Shown here piece after piece: positions 28,895-42,490 of a stretch of 64,000 nucleotides of DNA. The position numbers and the translations under genes were made by a program. Below the pieces are notes generated by a model. That model had not been told where the DNA came from. It was given only the letters and a program-made list of their open reading frames with translations, and did no database searches. This DNA comes from the human T2T-CHM13v2.0 reference genome, Homo sapiens: the NCBI RefSeq assembly GCF_009914755.1, contig NC_060926.1; one strand, written 5' to 3'. Numbering within the stretch: position 1 is the stretch's first letter; every line of letters starts with the position of its first letter.

Positions 28895-30128
28895 AGTGTT
28901 TTTTATTTTTATTTTTATGGATATATAATAGTTGCACAGTATTTATGGGGTACATGTGAGTTTTTAATAATAAGCATACAATGTGTAATGATCAAATCAG
29001 GATATTTATTATATATATCACCTCAAACATTTGTTATTTTTTGTGTTAGGAACGTTCTAATTCCACTTTCCTAGTTATTTTGAAACATATAATAAATTAT
29101 TGGTAACTATCGTTGCCCTATTGCACTACCAAACACTATAACCTATTCCTTCTAACTATATTTTTGTACTCATTAACTAAACACTCTTTATCCAACCCTC
29201 CCCCCATTCACCTTTCCTATCCTCTGGTAACCATCATTCTACTCTTTATTTCCATGAGATCATTTTTTTAGCTCCCACGTATGAGTGAGAACATGCAATA
29301 TTTTTCTTGCCATACCTGGCTTATTTTTTTTAACATAATGCTCTCCATTTCCATTCATGTTTTTGCAAATGACAGGATTTTATTATTTATATGGCTGAAT
29401 AATATTCCATTGTATATATCTACCATGTTTTCTTTATCCCTTCATCCACTGACGGGCACTTAGATTGATTTTATATCTCGGCTACTGTGAATAGTGCTAT
29501 AATAAACATGAGAGTTCAGATACCTCTTTGATACCTATTTCCTTTCTTTTGGATGTATACTCAGCAGTAGGATTGCTGGATCATAGGGTAGTTCTATTTT
29601 TAATTTTTTTAGAAACCTCCATACTATTTTCTGTAATGGCTATACTAATTTATATTCTCACTAATAGTGTATAAGGATTCCCATTTCTCCACATCCTCAG
29701 CAGAATCTGTCATCTTCCGTCTTTTTGATAAAAGCCATTTTAACTAGGATGAGATAATATCTGAATGTAGTTTTGATGTGCACTTCTCTGATGATTAGTG
29801 ATGATGAGCACTTTTTAATATACCTGTTGGCCATATGTCTTCTTTTGAGATAGGCCTACGCAGATCTTTTCCTCATTTTATAATCAGGTATTTTTTTGCT
29901 ATTGAATTGTTTGAGCTTCTTATATATTCTGGTTATTAATCTCTTTTCAGAGGGATAGTTTGCAAATATTTTCTCCCATTCTGAGAGTTGTCTCTTCAAT
30001 TTGTTGATTGTTTCCTTTGCTGTGGAGTATCCTTGTAGCTTGATGTGATCCCATTTGTCCATTTTTGCTTTTGTTGCCTGTGCTTTTGAGGTCTTACTCA
30101 AGAAATCGTTACATAAACCAATGTTCTG
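28895..30128 (-). mobile_element. L1MA 3' end (L1MA2-4-like)
   Basis: 3'UTR tatttatggggtacatgtga...aatgtgtaatgatcaaatcagg. ORF2 C-terminal peptide KAQATKAKMDKWDHIKL. Confidence 0.9.
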
Positions 30129-30129
30129 T

Positions 30130-30431
30130 ATTTTAAGGAACTTTCAAAATCATGTTGAATAATATTGAGTACTAATCATTTCCCTATTCTTTATCATTAT
30201 AATGGAAATGTCTAAATTCATATTAAACATCCATCATTTAGGATAATATTTGCTATTTATTTCTGATAATCTTTTTTAAGCAGCATTCTAGTATTCATAT
30301 TTTCTTTAGACTTTTTATTAATAGCATTTTTTACTCAAGGCTTTTCAGTGTCTATTCATATATTGTTTTCTCCTTTAATTGATAAATATAATGAACTAAG
30401 TTCACAGATTTCTTATATTGAACTAACCTCA
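30130..30431 (-). mobile_element. Ancient L1M ORF2 fragment; resumes at ~32790-32890 after the younger L1
   Basis: Degenerate ORF2 ending ttcttatattgaactaacctc and continuing gcattcctggaataag...tttgctaatattttacttagaatttttgcatc. Confidence 0.6.
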
Positions 30432-32785
30432 CCAATCAGGCAAGAGAAAGAAAGAAAAGGCATCCCAATAAGAAAAGAAGGAGTTAGACTGATGATATGA
30501 TTCTATACTCAGAAAACTCTACAGACCCTGCCACAAGATTCCTAGAACTGATAAATGACTTCAGCAAAGTTTGAGAATGCCAAATCAATGTACAAAACTC
30601 AACAGTATTTTTATACACCAGTAACATTCTAGCTGAGAGCCAAATCAAGAATACAATCCTATTTATAAAAGACACGTACAAAAAAACCTAGGAACACATC
30701 TAACAAATGGGGTGAAAGATCACTACAAAGAAAACTACAAAACACTGCTGAAAGAAACCAGAGGCAGCACAAATAAATGGGAAAATATTCCATGCTCATG
30801 GATTGAGAAGAATCAATATCATTAAAATTGCCATACTCCACAAAGCAATGTACAGATTCAATGCTATTCCTATCAAATTACCAATGCCATTTTTCACAGA
30901 ATTAGAAAAAAACATCCAAAAATTCATACAGAATCGAAAAAAAAACCAGCCTGAATAGCCAAATCAATCCTAAGCAAAAGAACAAAGCCAGAGGCATCAC
31001 ATTACCTGACTTCAAACTAACCAAAGGTTGTGGTAACCAAAACAGCATGGTACAGGTACAAAACCAGACACAGAGACCAATGGAACAGAATAGAAAACTC
31101 AGAAATAAAGCTGCACAATAAGTACCAGGTAGACAAAAATAAGTTTATTCATCTGTTCTCATGATGCTAATAAAGACATACCTGAGACTGGGTAATTTAT
31201 AAAGGAAGAGATTTAACTGACTCACAGTTCCACATGGCTGGGGAGGCCTCACAATCATGGCAGAAGGTGAATGAGGAGCAACTCATGTCTTACATGGTGG
31301 CAGGCAAGAGAGCTTGTGCAGGGGAACTCCCATTTATAAAATAATCAGATCCCATGAGATTTATTCACTACCATAAGAACAGTATGGAGGAAACTGTCCC
31401 TATGTTTCAATTATCTCCACCTGGCCCTGCCCTTGACATGTGGGGATTATCATAATTCAAGGTGAGATTTGGGTGGGGACACAGCCAAACTTATATCAAT
31501 AAGCAATATCAATAAGAAAAAGACCCCCTAATCAATAAATGGTGCAGGAATAACTGGCTACCCATATGCAGAAGAATGAAACTGGACCCCTGCCTATCAC
31601 CATATACAAAAATTAACTCAAGATGAATTAAAGACTTAAATGTAAGATCTAAAACTATAAAAATCCTAGGGAAAGAAAAGCTAGGAAATACCCTTCTTGA
31701 TATTGGCATTGGCAAATAATTTATGACTAAGTCCCCAAAAGCAACTGCAACAAAAACAAAAATTGGTAAGTGGGACCTAATTAAACTAAAGAGCTTGTGC
31801 ACAGCAAAAGAAATTATCAAGAAATTAAACAGACAGCTTACAGAATGGGAGAAAATATTTGCAAACTGTAAGTCTGACAAAGGTCTAATACTCCAGAATC
31901 TGTAAGGAACTTAACAAGCAAAAAACAAATAACCCCATTAAAAAGTAGGCAAAGGATATGAACACATACTTCTCAAAAGAAGACATACAAGTGGCCAACA
32001 AACATATGAAAAAAATGCTCATCATCACGAACTATCAGAGAAATGCAAACCAAAACCATAATGAGATACCATTTCACGCCAGTCAGAATGGCTTTTGTTA
32101 AAAAGTCAAAAAAATAACAAATGTTGGTGAGGCTGTGGAGAAAAGGGGATATTAATACACTGCTGGTGGGAATGTAAATTAGTTCAGCCACTGTGGCGAG
32201 GAGTTTGGAGATTTCTCAGCAGAAAAACTGTTTGACTCAGCAATTCCATTACTGAGTATATACCCAAAGGAATATAGATCATTCCACCAAAAGGATACAT
32301 GCACCCATATGTTCATTGCAGCGTTATTCACAATAGCAAAAACATGGAATCAACCTAGGTGCCCATCAATGGTGGACTGGATCAAGAAAATATGGTACAT
32401 ATACATCATGGAATATTATACAGTCATAAAAAAGAATGAAATCATGTCCTTTGCAGCAACATAGATGCTGCTACATGCCATTATCCTAAGTAAACTAATG
32501 CAGAATCAGAAAACCAAATACCAAATGTTCTCATTTACAAGTGGAAGGTAAATATTGGATACACATGGACAAAAAGATGGGAACAATAGACAGTGGAGCC
32601 TACTAGTGATAGAGAGAGGAATGGGAGCAAGGGCTGAAAACTACCTATTGGGTACTATGCTCAATACCAGGATGACAAGTTCGGTTATGCCCTAAACCTC
32701 AGCATTATATAATATACCTCTGTAACAATCCTGCACATGTACCCCCTGATTCTAAAATAAAACTTTAAAAAGGGAAAAAAAGAAA
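30432..32785 (+). mobile_element. 5'-truncated L1PA15/16-like element, interrupted by THE1
   Basis: RT DDMILY motif, [24 protein letters not shown], 3'UTR gggctgaaaactacctattgggtactatgctc, aataaa and A tail. Confidence 0.92.
31144..31498 (-). mobile_element. THE1 (B/C-like) solo LTR
   Basis: taaagacatacctgagactgggtaatttata...gagatttgggtggggacacagccaaac..tatca; perfect 5-bp TSD ATAAG. Confidence 0.95.
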
Positions 32786-33110
32786 TAGCCACGCATTCCT
32801 GGAATAAGTTCTACTTATTCATGATGTGTTATTCTTTGGAGGCATTATTGTATTCTGTTTGCTAATATTTTACTTAGAATTTTTGCATCCAAGAAGATTA
32901 AAATTTTATATAAACTTTGACTCAACAACTCCACTTCTGGGACTCTAGCCTATAAACAAAGTTGCAACAGGTTAAGATGTTTATGCTCGAAGATATTAAT
33001 GCAGTGCAGTTTACAATGGCAAAAAAAAGTTGTTGTTCTATAGAAGCCAATTTTTAAACTGCAGCTTCAAACTAGAGGGACAGTATTCTCAAAGTTTTAT
33101 ATACTAGTAA

Positions 33111-33376
<266 letters not shown>

Positions 33377-33429
33377 TGTTAGAGCATCTAAATGTGTAAC
33401 CAAAAATTCCATATGTACACGTTCAACCT

Positions 33430-34230
33430 GTGCCAACTTCTGTTCTAGGCATAAGAACACAGCAATAAAAATGGCTCTCCTGGAGGATGATAAGATAAAG
33501 TAATTACTGCTATATGAAAATAAAGAGTGACAAGGCAGGGAGTGCTAGAGGGAGCATTGTCAACTAGGAGGGGTGATCAAGAAAGCCTTCTTTAAGGAGG
33601 TGAACTTTAAACGGAAAACTAAATGATGGAAAGGAGACAGGAAGGTAAAGATCCACCTTCCAGGCAGAGGGAACAGACACTATAATAGTCCTGGGGTGGA
33701 AACAAACTAGAAGCAGATAGAGTTCTGCATGACTGGCATGCAGTGTGATAGGCAAAGAGCCTTGAGGGATGAGGTTGGATAAGTGGGCAAGGACCAGGCT
33801 GAGCACGTACTTGCAAGCCAAGATAAATGGCGGGATTTTGTACTAACTACAGTAAACAGGCATTACAGGCTTTCAAAGCAGAAGTGTGACATTGTGTGAT
33901 TTGATTTTAAAAGGTCATCATTGTACAAAAAATAGATTGCAGTCATATAGGGTTTAAGTGGGAGCAAAATAAAATCAAGAATTAGGAGCCTAATGTATTC
34001 ACAAACTATAAAGGAATATGCTCCCTTTGTTTTTCTAACATTAAGTAATAGTAATGCTGATCAGAGACAAGTGATTCAGTCCTCTGCTTGGCATATTTCC
34101 TCTCTTCCATTCATTCACTCTCATTTATTCATTCTGCAAAGATTTTCTAAGCACATTTTATGTTCTAGGCACTGATACTAATCAAGAGAACAAGATGGTT
34201 TAGGCAGTTCTCCTGATCTCAGAAAATGCT
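33430..34230 (-). mobile_element. L2 fragments (~33430-33990 and ~34110-34230)
   Basis: aagaaagccttctttaaggaggtgaac...caggcagagggaacag...aagcagaagtgtgacattgtgtgatttgattttaaaagg. Confidence 0.7.
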
Positions 34231-37200
34231 AATGGAAGAGCCACTGAAAGGTTCCCAACATTCTATCGCAAGCAAGCTATATTGAATAGTTATGATCAAA
34301 TATTGTAAATCAGGTATCACCCGGTTCTAATGTTCTATTAGTCTGTTATAGTTCTATGTAAATTTTTAGGAGTTTTTTTTGATAGCCAATTTTATTTTTG
34401 GAATCAAAATTAGTAACAAGTCATCTATCAAGGGAAGATACAAGTTATGTTTAACACTCTATATAAAGTAAGCCCTTCGCTGTAGCTAATAGTACACTTT
34501 CTTACAGAAAATTTTATGTTATGTGACAGTAGACAATAAGTCTCTATCAGTCAGCACTTCAGCAATATCCAGCATATGATTGATGGCCATAATTCTATAA
34601 ATTCCTATGACCCTTTTAGCAGCAAAGCTTAAGTTACATTACTGGGAAGCAATGTTCAGACAAAAATACAGAAGAACAATTATAAGATACATTTGATTCA
34701 TCCTACCAAAAACAATTTTGAATGAAATCATCATAAACAAATGGCAAAAATTTTAGGAGTTTTTTTCTAAGATCTTTTTTACCTTCTTTCTCAGACAATT
34801 TATCTGCTCCAGTGACTTTAGAATGCCTGAATCCATGCTGTCAGTGCAATCTTTAGTGTAGAATCACTCCATAAATTTTAGATTGGAATAAAGCAATTTG
34901 GTCTTTCAACCATATGTATAATCTGCTGGAAATCTGTAAAGGAGTTGTGACATTATTATTTATTCCTATTGTATTCACAAGAGACAAAAAATAAGATTAG
35001 TTACAGTTCCTAATTCCCACATCTCATCACATAACATGGTTTCTCTCATTAATTGGATCATTAATGGAAACAAATGCTATTCCAATATAAACTGAAGATC
35101 ACTGCAATGGACAATGTTAACTTCTTTTGACCTTCTAGCATTAAGGAGTCTGTAGTAAATCTAAACATATCCAAAAACTGGACAGAAGATACTACTGCAT
35201 CTAGAAGCTACATTCCACCAACATATTTTCTCTTTTGCTAAATTTCATGAAACCTGGAAACACTGTGAAGCATTTTGTGAAAACATATTGGTCAATGGAC
35301 ACATTGGTTTCTATCATTCTAATGAACAAAATGACTGAGCCCTAGAACAGATTCAAGTTCTTTTTGGCCTCCTAGATCTCTAGGAACTGCCCCAAATCTA
35401 GCAAGTCCAACCTAAAATATGATCAAAATAGAGCAGAAGTAGGCCCCCTGAGGCTGCCTGTGTGTTGAACTGTAGACTCACCATCTTAGCAACCCCAATC
35501 CCCTGGAGCTCACCCGCACAAATCACAACAGCATATGCCCGGATGGTTTGGTCCTTCCAGCAAAGATATACATAGTCACAGCAGAACATACCTACATGGT
35601 TGATCTGACTTGAAAGTCATGAACAGTGTTTGTAAATACAAAAAGAGGTCTAATAAATCTGTCAAGATGATTGAAATCTTTACCAAAATGTCTTTATCAA
35701 AAGAGTAAAGGTAAACTTGACTAGGCATACTCCCTAATAGAGAGAAAGTCCCCAAAAGAATGGCACAGAAGACAAGTGAATATCAATATGAATCATATGA
35801 AATATGGTTGCTGCTGCCTAACAAGGCTTATTAGGGTTGAGATGGAGTAAGGAAGGAAATTAGGTTATGAGATAAAGGCAACAAATAGAGAAAAGCTAGG
35901 CATAAAAAGTTTGGATTAAGAAGATATCCAAATATAATGGCTGCTGTCAAAGATCATAGGAACATGTGGTATGGACCATGCTCACCTATGTTCCAAAGTT
36001 GTTAAAAGATATTAGTAATTAGCTCCCAACTGCAATCTTCACTTTACAGTCTCACTAAACACAAGAAAATAAAAGATCAAAAGTAAGGATAGAGGTAGCA
36101 AGTACTTAAAAGCCATTTCCCCAATTTATTCAGCAAATTGAGCAATTTATAACACTTAATAAGGCATCCATAATTTATTTCTGGAATTTGCTAAACTTGA
36201 ATTATTTACATGTTCTGAGACTGTCACATTGGAGTGAGATGCTAAAAATACTAATAGAAGCTAATTTCTTAAAATAATAAAGTTTTCCTTTTGGTCATCG
36301 GGTTTGTTTAGTTCAAATGCGAGTTTATTAAAGTTGGCTTAAAAGGTAAGTCATTAGTCAGGGAAACTTGTGATTTTTAATTTTGAAAGATTTTTTTAAA
36401 CTACTTATTTTTGAAATGTATCCAAAGCAATAACACTACTATGAAAGTAACAAATGCTCTGAGACCCCAAATTTGGCTGGGTCTTGTAACACGGCATTTG
36501 AGGTTTAGATCTGAAATGTAAGTAGGATGGCAAGCTGCATTCTACTCCTGTATTCCACACACAACATCTGACAGATATGTTATATAGGGAATTCAGTTTA
36601 ATGTTTGAGCTGCACATGCTCTTAGGCTGTATGGTAGTAGGAATTACATAAACCATCTCTGACTCGTGGCTAAGTCTCCTCCGATGATGACAAACTTAAA
36701 ATGAGAAACCACTGCTCTCATTAAATAAAATGTTGATTGCTTTGGATCACAAAAGTGCAGAACTAGGGTAAACAAAGTAACAGTTGAACAAAATAGCAAT
36801 CTAGTGTATCAGAAGAGACGATGTGCAAAGTGTAATTACTCTGGATTGTCTTTTACCAATAGAAACTAATAAAAGTGCTTCCTTCTATCCCATCTAATGT
36901 ATTCAACATACTGTCCTCAGAGGGCATCCACCAGATTTCTCCTTCTATTAGAAGGAAGTCATTCCTTCTAAAAAGATGGATTTATAAAGTCCTTTTAGGT
37001 ATACTTACATACTGTCTTTTACTTATTTCTGAAATGTAAAAAGAAAAAGGTTAGAACTTGCTTCAAAAAAGATTACATCAAATTTAGCTCACTCTACATA
37101 CTAAAATTATTTGATTTTTTGTGGTTGATGTGATTACTTATTGGCCCTTAGTTCTTTCCTTTGGAATGGATATGTTTTCCTTACACTAACTGTGCATCTC

Positions 37201-38814
37201 AATATTATTAAGTTTGACATCATATTGAAATGGTGTTTCTATTAGGGAACTAGTCTATATAAGTTATTAATGTTCAGTTGAGATATTAGTTTGTCCTTTA
37301 TTAAAACATTTTGCCATGGTAATACATGATAATATTCCTTTATTCTCACTATTTTTAAAAATAAAACAATTTGAGCAATGTTAATATTGGCATATACAAA
37401 TGCATTTTTACATTTATGTATCAAGTTATAAAATATCTGAGAAGTTTAGACATTGGGCTTAACTCAACTGCTCAAAATTCCACATAAACCTAGGAAGTAA
37501 AATTTGGGGATGTGAATAACTGCCAATGCAATCCCTAGAATGAGTACCTTTACAATGTTGTTAATAGATTTTGGACTCAACCAGAGCTGGAAATATCTAC
37601 AACACTCAGGAACTACTTCCTAAAAGATGTCATACTGACTTTGACCTTATCCTCTATAGAAATAGTTATGCTCTCCTCCACTCCTGATTATCCTAGTCTT
37701 TCACAATCATATCAAATGATTATCTGTCCCTTTTCTTTAACTCATAAAATAAAATCAGAGTTTACATGTCCTTACCCCTGGAAGTAAAGAACGTTCCTTT
37801 CTTCTTCCTTTAACTTTATAGGACAAATATACTTCCACATGCACCTATCTAAAGAAGCAAATCATCTTACTTTATCACCAAGAAAAATGCTTTCCTTCAT
37901 CCCATTACTCCCAGGCTGTAAAAAGCTTAGTCCCAGCCTTGTAGCAGGGAGGAGGTAGGGAAGATGGGAAAAAATAGAAACAGGGCAAGAATTCATTGCA
38001 GTGTTAACAGATGTGATAGGCACAGTAAATCATACTCATCAAATGGCCCAAGGTGCAGGTAACCATTTGAAGGACCATCTATTTTCTAACCTTGCCTAGA
38101 AGCCTTGTTAAGGATTTAGTCTAGTGATGAATTATCCAATCACCTGGGCAGACTAAGTATCTACCCTAAAGGTACTACCAGTAGGTAAGAAGAATTAATT
38201 TTTGGAAATACCACATTTATCTGTAAGAGAAAAAGTCTGTAGTATCAGTTACATCTATGTTCCCCATATAGTCATATCTTATTGCTTCTGTTTACAGAAT
38301 AGAACTCTACGCATAAATAAAAGAAAAAAAACTTTACTGTAGGAACAAGTAGTGAAAATAATTTATTTGCCAATTTGCATTTAATTAACAATGTCATTTT
38401 AGCATCATATGTGTGCCCCTGCAACTCACAACCTCCCACTTTTTCAAACTTTTTTTTTTAATCTTCAAATCCTTTTTACAGAAAAACACACAAAAAAATT
38501 GCTTTCAGCTGTGACTTCATTCTGTATGTCTAAAAGTACTATGATTTTCCAATCTTGGGTCTGGCAATATCCTTGTTTATTCTTTTAAAAAAATAAGTAA
38601 AATTGAAAGAAAACTAATAACTAAATTGGATTACACTATGTCCCATTTTGTAGTCACTGGAAAACTTCATATGCAAATAGCTTTTACACAATCTCATTAA
38701 TTCTTTTTTTAATATGTTTTTCAGCTTAAATATGGACTAGTACTACAGAGACCCATCTTTCTATAGTTTAATTAATATCTCTATTTAAATTGTATGAAAC
38801 TTCCAGAGAGAATG

Positions 38815-38938
38815 TGAGTCATTGTCAAAGTAGTATCTGTATAACATCTGATGGTTAATGAGATGGGTTTGTGGTTTGAGGAATGCTGTTTATAACAGGG
38901 AGATTTAAAGTTGAGTTCCCCTGGACAACAGTGACTCA
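38815..38938. promoter_or_regulatory. Candidate AP-1/RUNX/TEAD enhancer cluster
   Basis: TGAGTCA 38815-21, TGTGGTTT 38870-77, GGAATG 38880-85, TGACTCA 38932-38. Confidence 0.35.
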
Positions 38939-39616
38939 ACTCTTTCCCAATTTACAAAGAAGCATTAGTCATGAAGTGATAACTGGATCTTTCAATAATT
39001 AGGTCTTACTCCTTCATTCTTATAGCTTCTATTAGATCTCCCATTTCTAAATTGCCAGAAGAAATGAACTTGCAAGTGCCTTTACTTTATGCCAAATTTC
39101 CCTCAATATTTCCTAGTTACAGTAGCAAAACATAGTAATGTCTGGCTTTTCACAGCATGCAAGACCTTCGCCACAATAGTTTCCAGCTGCCTGCCTGCCT
39201 TTACAGCCTTAAAAGACGTTCTGTCCACTTAACTTTCATTTCTTCTCAGCCAAAGTTTTTATGCTCCCCATCTGTTGTAGGCCATTTTCTTCCATTCAAC
39301 TTTATTCATCAGAAGCTAAATGAGGCCTCACCTTGAGCATACCTCCTAATCACACATTCCTATGGCAACCAATTCTGTATAATTGCTTGAGTCCTTTAAG
39401 GTCATTATTGTGTATTCTTTCCAAGGGACTATCCTTCTAGCAGAAAAGATAAGTTGTTCTTGGATAATGTTGATTTTAACCTAAAGTAGGTAATATAGTA
39501 GGAGAAATAACCACATAATATGAATTGAAGAGTATAAGAAAGATTTTGAAAAAAAAACATTAGATTCTTCATACAAAGCCTTTTTTAAATTTAAATATGA
39601 ATAGTCTTGGGAGAGT

Positions 39617-39957
39617 TACTATGGACTGAATGTTTGTGTCCCCCAGAAATTTATAGGTTGAAAACCCTAATACCCAATGTGATGGTATTTGGATATGGGG
39701 ACCTTTGGAAGGGATTAGGTCATGAGAGTTACCTTATAAAGGGATTAGCGCCCATCTAAGAGGAGACACGAGTGAGCCCACTTCCTCTCTCTGCTCTCTA
39801 ACATATTCTCTGTCTGCAAACCAAGAATAATACTTTCAACATGAACTTGTCCATACTAGCACCCTGATCTCAGACTTCCATCTTCCAGAACCATGAGAAA
39901 TAAATGTTTCTTGTTTAGCTATCCAGTCTGTTACAGTAGCCTGAAGTGGGTAAGGCA
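39617..39957 (+). mobile_element. MLT1A-type solo LTR
   Basis: tactatggactgaatgtttgtgtccccc...aatgtgatggtatttgga...gacttccatcttccagaaccatgagaaataaat...taaggca. Confidence 0.88.
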
Positions 39958-40913
39958 GCTTAATTCAGCAAAGTAATCACATAATAAAAACAGAGACATA
40001 AAACCTCTGTCTCCATGACAGGCTCATAAAGATACAAAGTATGAAAGGCACAATGAAATAGAAAAAAGGTATACAATAAAATGAGGTAAACCTTGCTGAA
40101 AGATAATTCTATCTAATTGAAATGTGGTCCTTTCCCAGAGACTCACTTTTTTGCTCATAGACTATAAATAATGTAAATTAGATTGAACAATAACTAGTTT
40201 TGAATTACATACTTTATTTTAATCATTCATTTTAGGTTTGTCTTTTCAATGAGATGGTTTACAGCCAGAATTTGTGTTACTTCCTTAGAGTACAATGCTC
40301 ATTTTTAAAGCTTCCACAAACCTCCTGGATAAAAAGAGATCAGAGAAAAGTATCTCACTATAAGCACCTAAAAACATTTCAGTCAATAAAATTACTTCTA
40401 GATGATGCTATTAGAATAATGTATTTTAAATGAAGGATGAAAGACTGCCAAATGTACCTAAGATTTTAACAATTTCTGTGTCACACTTTATTTTACCATT
40501 TTTAACATTGTTTAAAGATTTCTTCATCCCTTTCGTGGTCTTTTGGACAAAGATAATGTTTACATTATGAATTAAAATGAAATAGATTTATAGGAAAATG
40601 CATAGTATGAACAGAAACTGGAAAAAATGTTCATCAATTAGTAGTTTACCAAAGCATATCACAATTTGTTGGCCAAATTTTAGTATCTCTTTTTAGGCAT
40701 ATACTTGAAATTCATAACAAAAAATACAAGCTTCAATAAGTTCCATAGGCCTCCCTTTCGGTTTTTATCTTAGGGATACCAGATGAAACCTGAAATTTTG
40801 TATAACAACTAAATTTATATTAGTTAGTAATGAAAATATAGCTCACTGTTTACATTTCTAAGTACAATTTGGAGCAAATATATTATAAAAGCCATTCTTA
40901 AGAAGCTCCTGGT

Positions 40914-41223
<310 letters not shown>

Positions 41224-41682
41224 CTATTGACTAATTTTGCAATTTTACAAGAAAAATGTAGCTACAGTTTTGTGGGTAATTGTCAATACTATTTACAAAG
41301 AATATATACATAGCATCTACAGGATGGAAATCAGGATATTTGAGTAAGAGTAGAAACCAAGACCCTTTTTTAGAATACAGGAAACTTCATTAGTATTTAG
41401 TCCCAATTTCTCACTAGTGTTGGCTTAAGAAATTTATAGATATTTTTCTCAAGGATAAATATGATAGCTGTAAAAGCTAAAGTGTGTGATCTCAGACAAA
41501 TTACTTAACCTCTCATTCACAGTTTGCTTCTAAAATTTTCTTTTCTCAATTCTGTACCCCAAAGGGTACATGCAGACAATTTTGGAAATCACTGGTATAG
41601 TGAAAAGAAATAGGCTTTAAAATGTAATGCCTTCATGAGACTAAAAATACCACCCTCATAGAAGTATAGTTAAGAATAAATG

Positions 41683-41980
<298 letters not shown>

Positions 41981-41990
41981 GAATAAATGA

Positions 41991-42298
41991 GGCCGGGCGC
42001 GGTGGCTTATGCCTGTAATCCCAGCACTTTGGGAGGCCGAGGCGGGCAGATCACCCAGATCACCTGAGGTGAGGAGTTTGAGACCAATCTGACCAATATG
42101 GTGAAACACCGTCTCTACTAACATACAAAAATTAGCTGGCCATGGTGGCGGGCACCTGTAGTCCCAGCTACTCAGAGGCTGAGACAGGAGAATTGCTTGA
42201 ACCCAGGAGATGGAGGTTGCAGTGAGCCAAGATCATGCCACTGCACTACAGCCTGGGCGACAGAGCAAGACTCCGTCTCAAAAAAAAAAAAAAAAAAA
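41991..42298 (+). mobile_element. AluS (Sp/Sq-like) in tandem with the AluY, both inside a MIR
   Basis: Full Alu with a 9-bp internal duplication (cagatcacc x2). Flanks aagaataaatga / aagataaatga. Confidence 0.95.
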
Positions 42299-42342
42299 GA
42301 TAAATGAGATAATTATATAAACGTTTCTAGCATAGAGCCAGA

Positions 42343-42490
42343 TGTGTGCCCCAGATTCATAGTTTCATAGGTTGAAAACCCTAATCCCCAAAGTAACAGT
42401 ATTTGGATATGGGGAACTTTGGAAGGAATTAGGTAATGAGAGTGGAGACTTTATGAAGGGTAAAATTAGTACCCTTCCAAGAGGAGACAC
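42343..42490 (+). mobile_element. Partial MLT1A copy (duplicate of ~39634-39769) inside the MIR
   Basis: Shares ataggttgaaaaccctaat, gtatttggatatgggga, ctttggaagg, atgagagt and aagaggagacac with the upstream LTR. Confidence 0.8.

Noticed and set aside
35398-35591. 63-aa ORF or exon with a strong ATG|gtgagt donor
   Set aside because: Acceptor lacks a pyrimidine tract and the peptide is unrecognised; only the donor is noted.
36684-38220. C-box motifs (RTGATGA at ~36684 and ~38125) as C/D snoRNAs
   Set aside because: No D box (CTGA) or terminal stem at a suitable distance.
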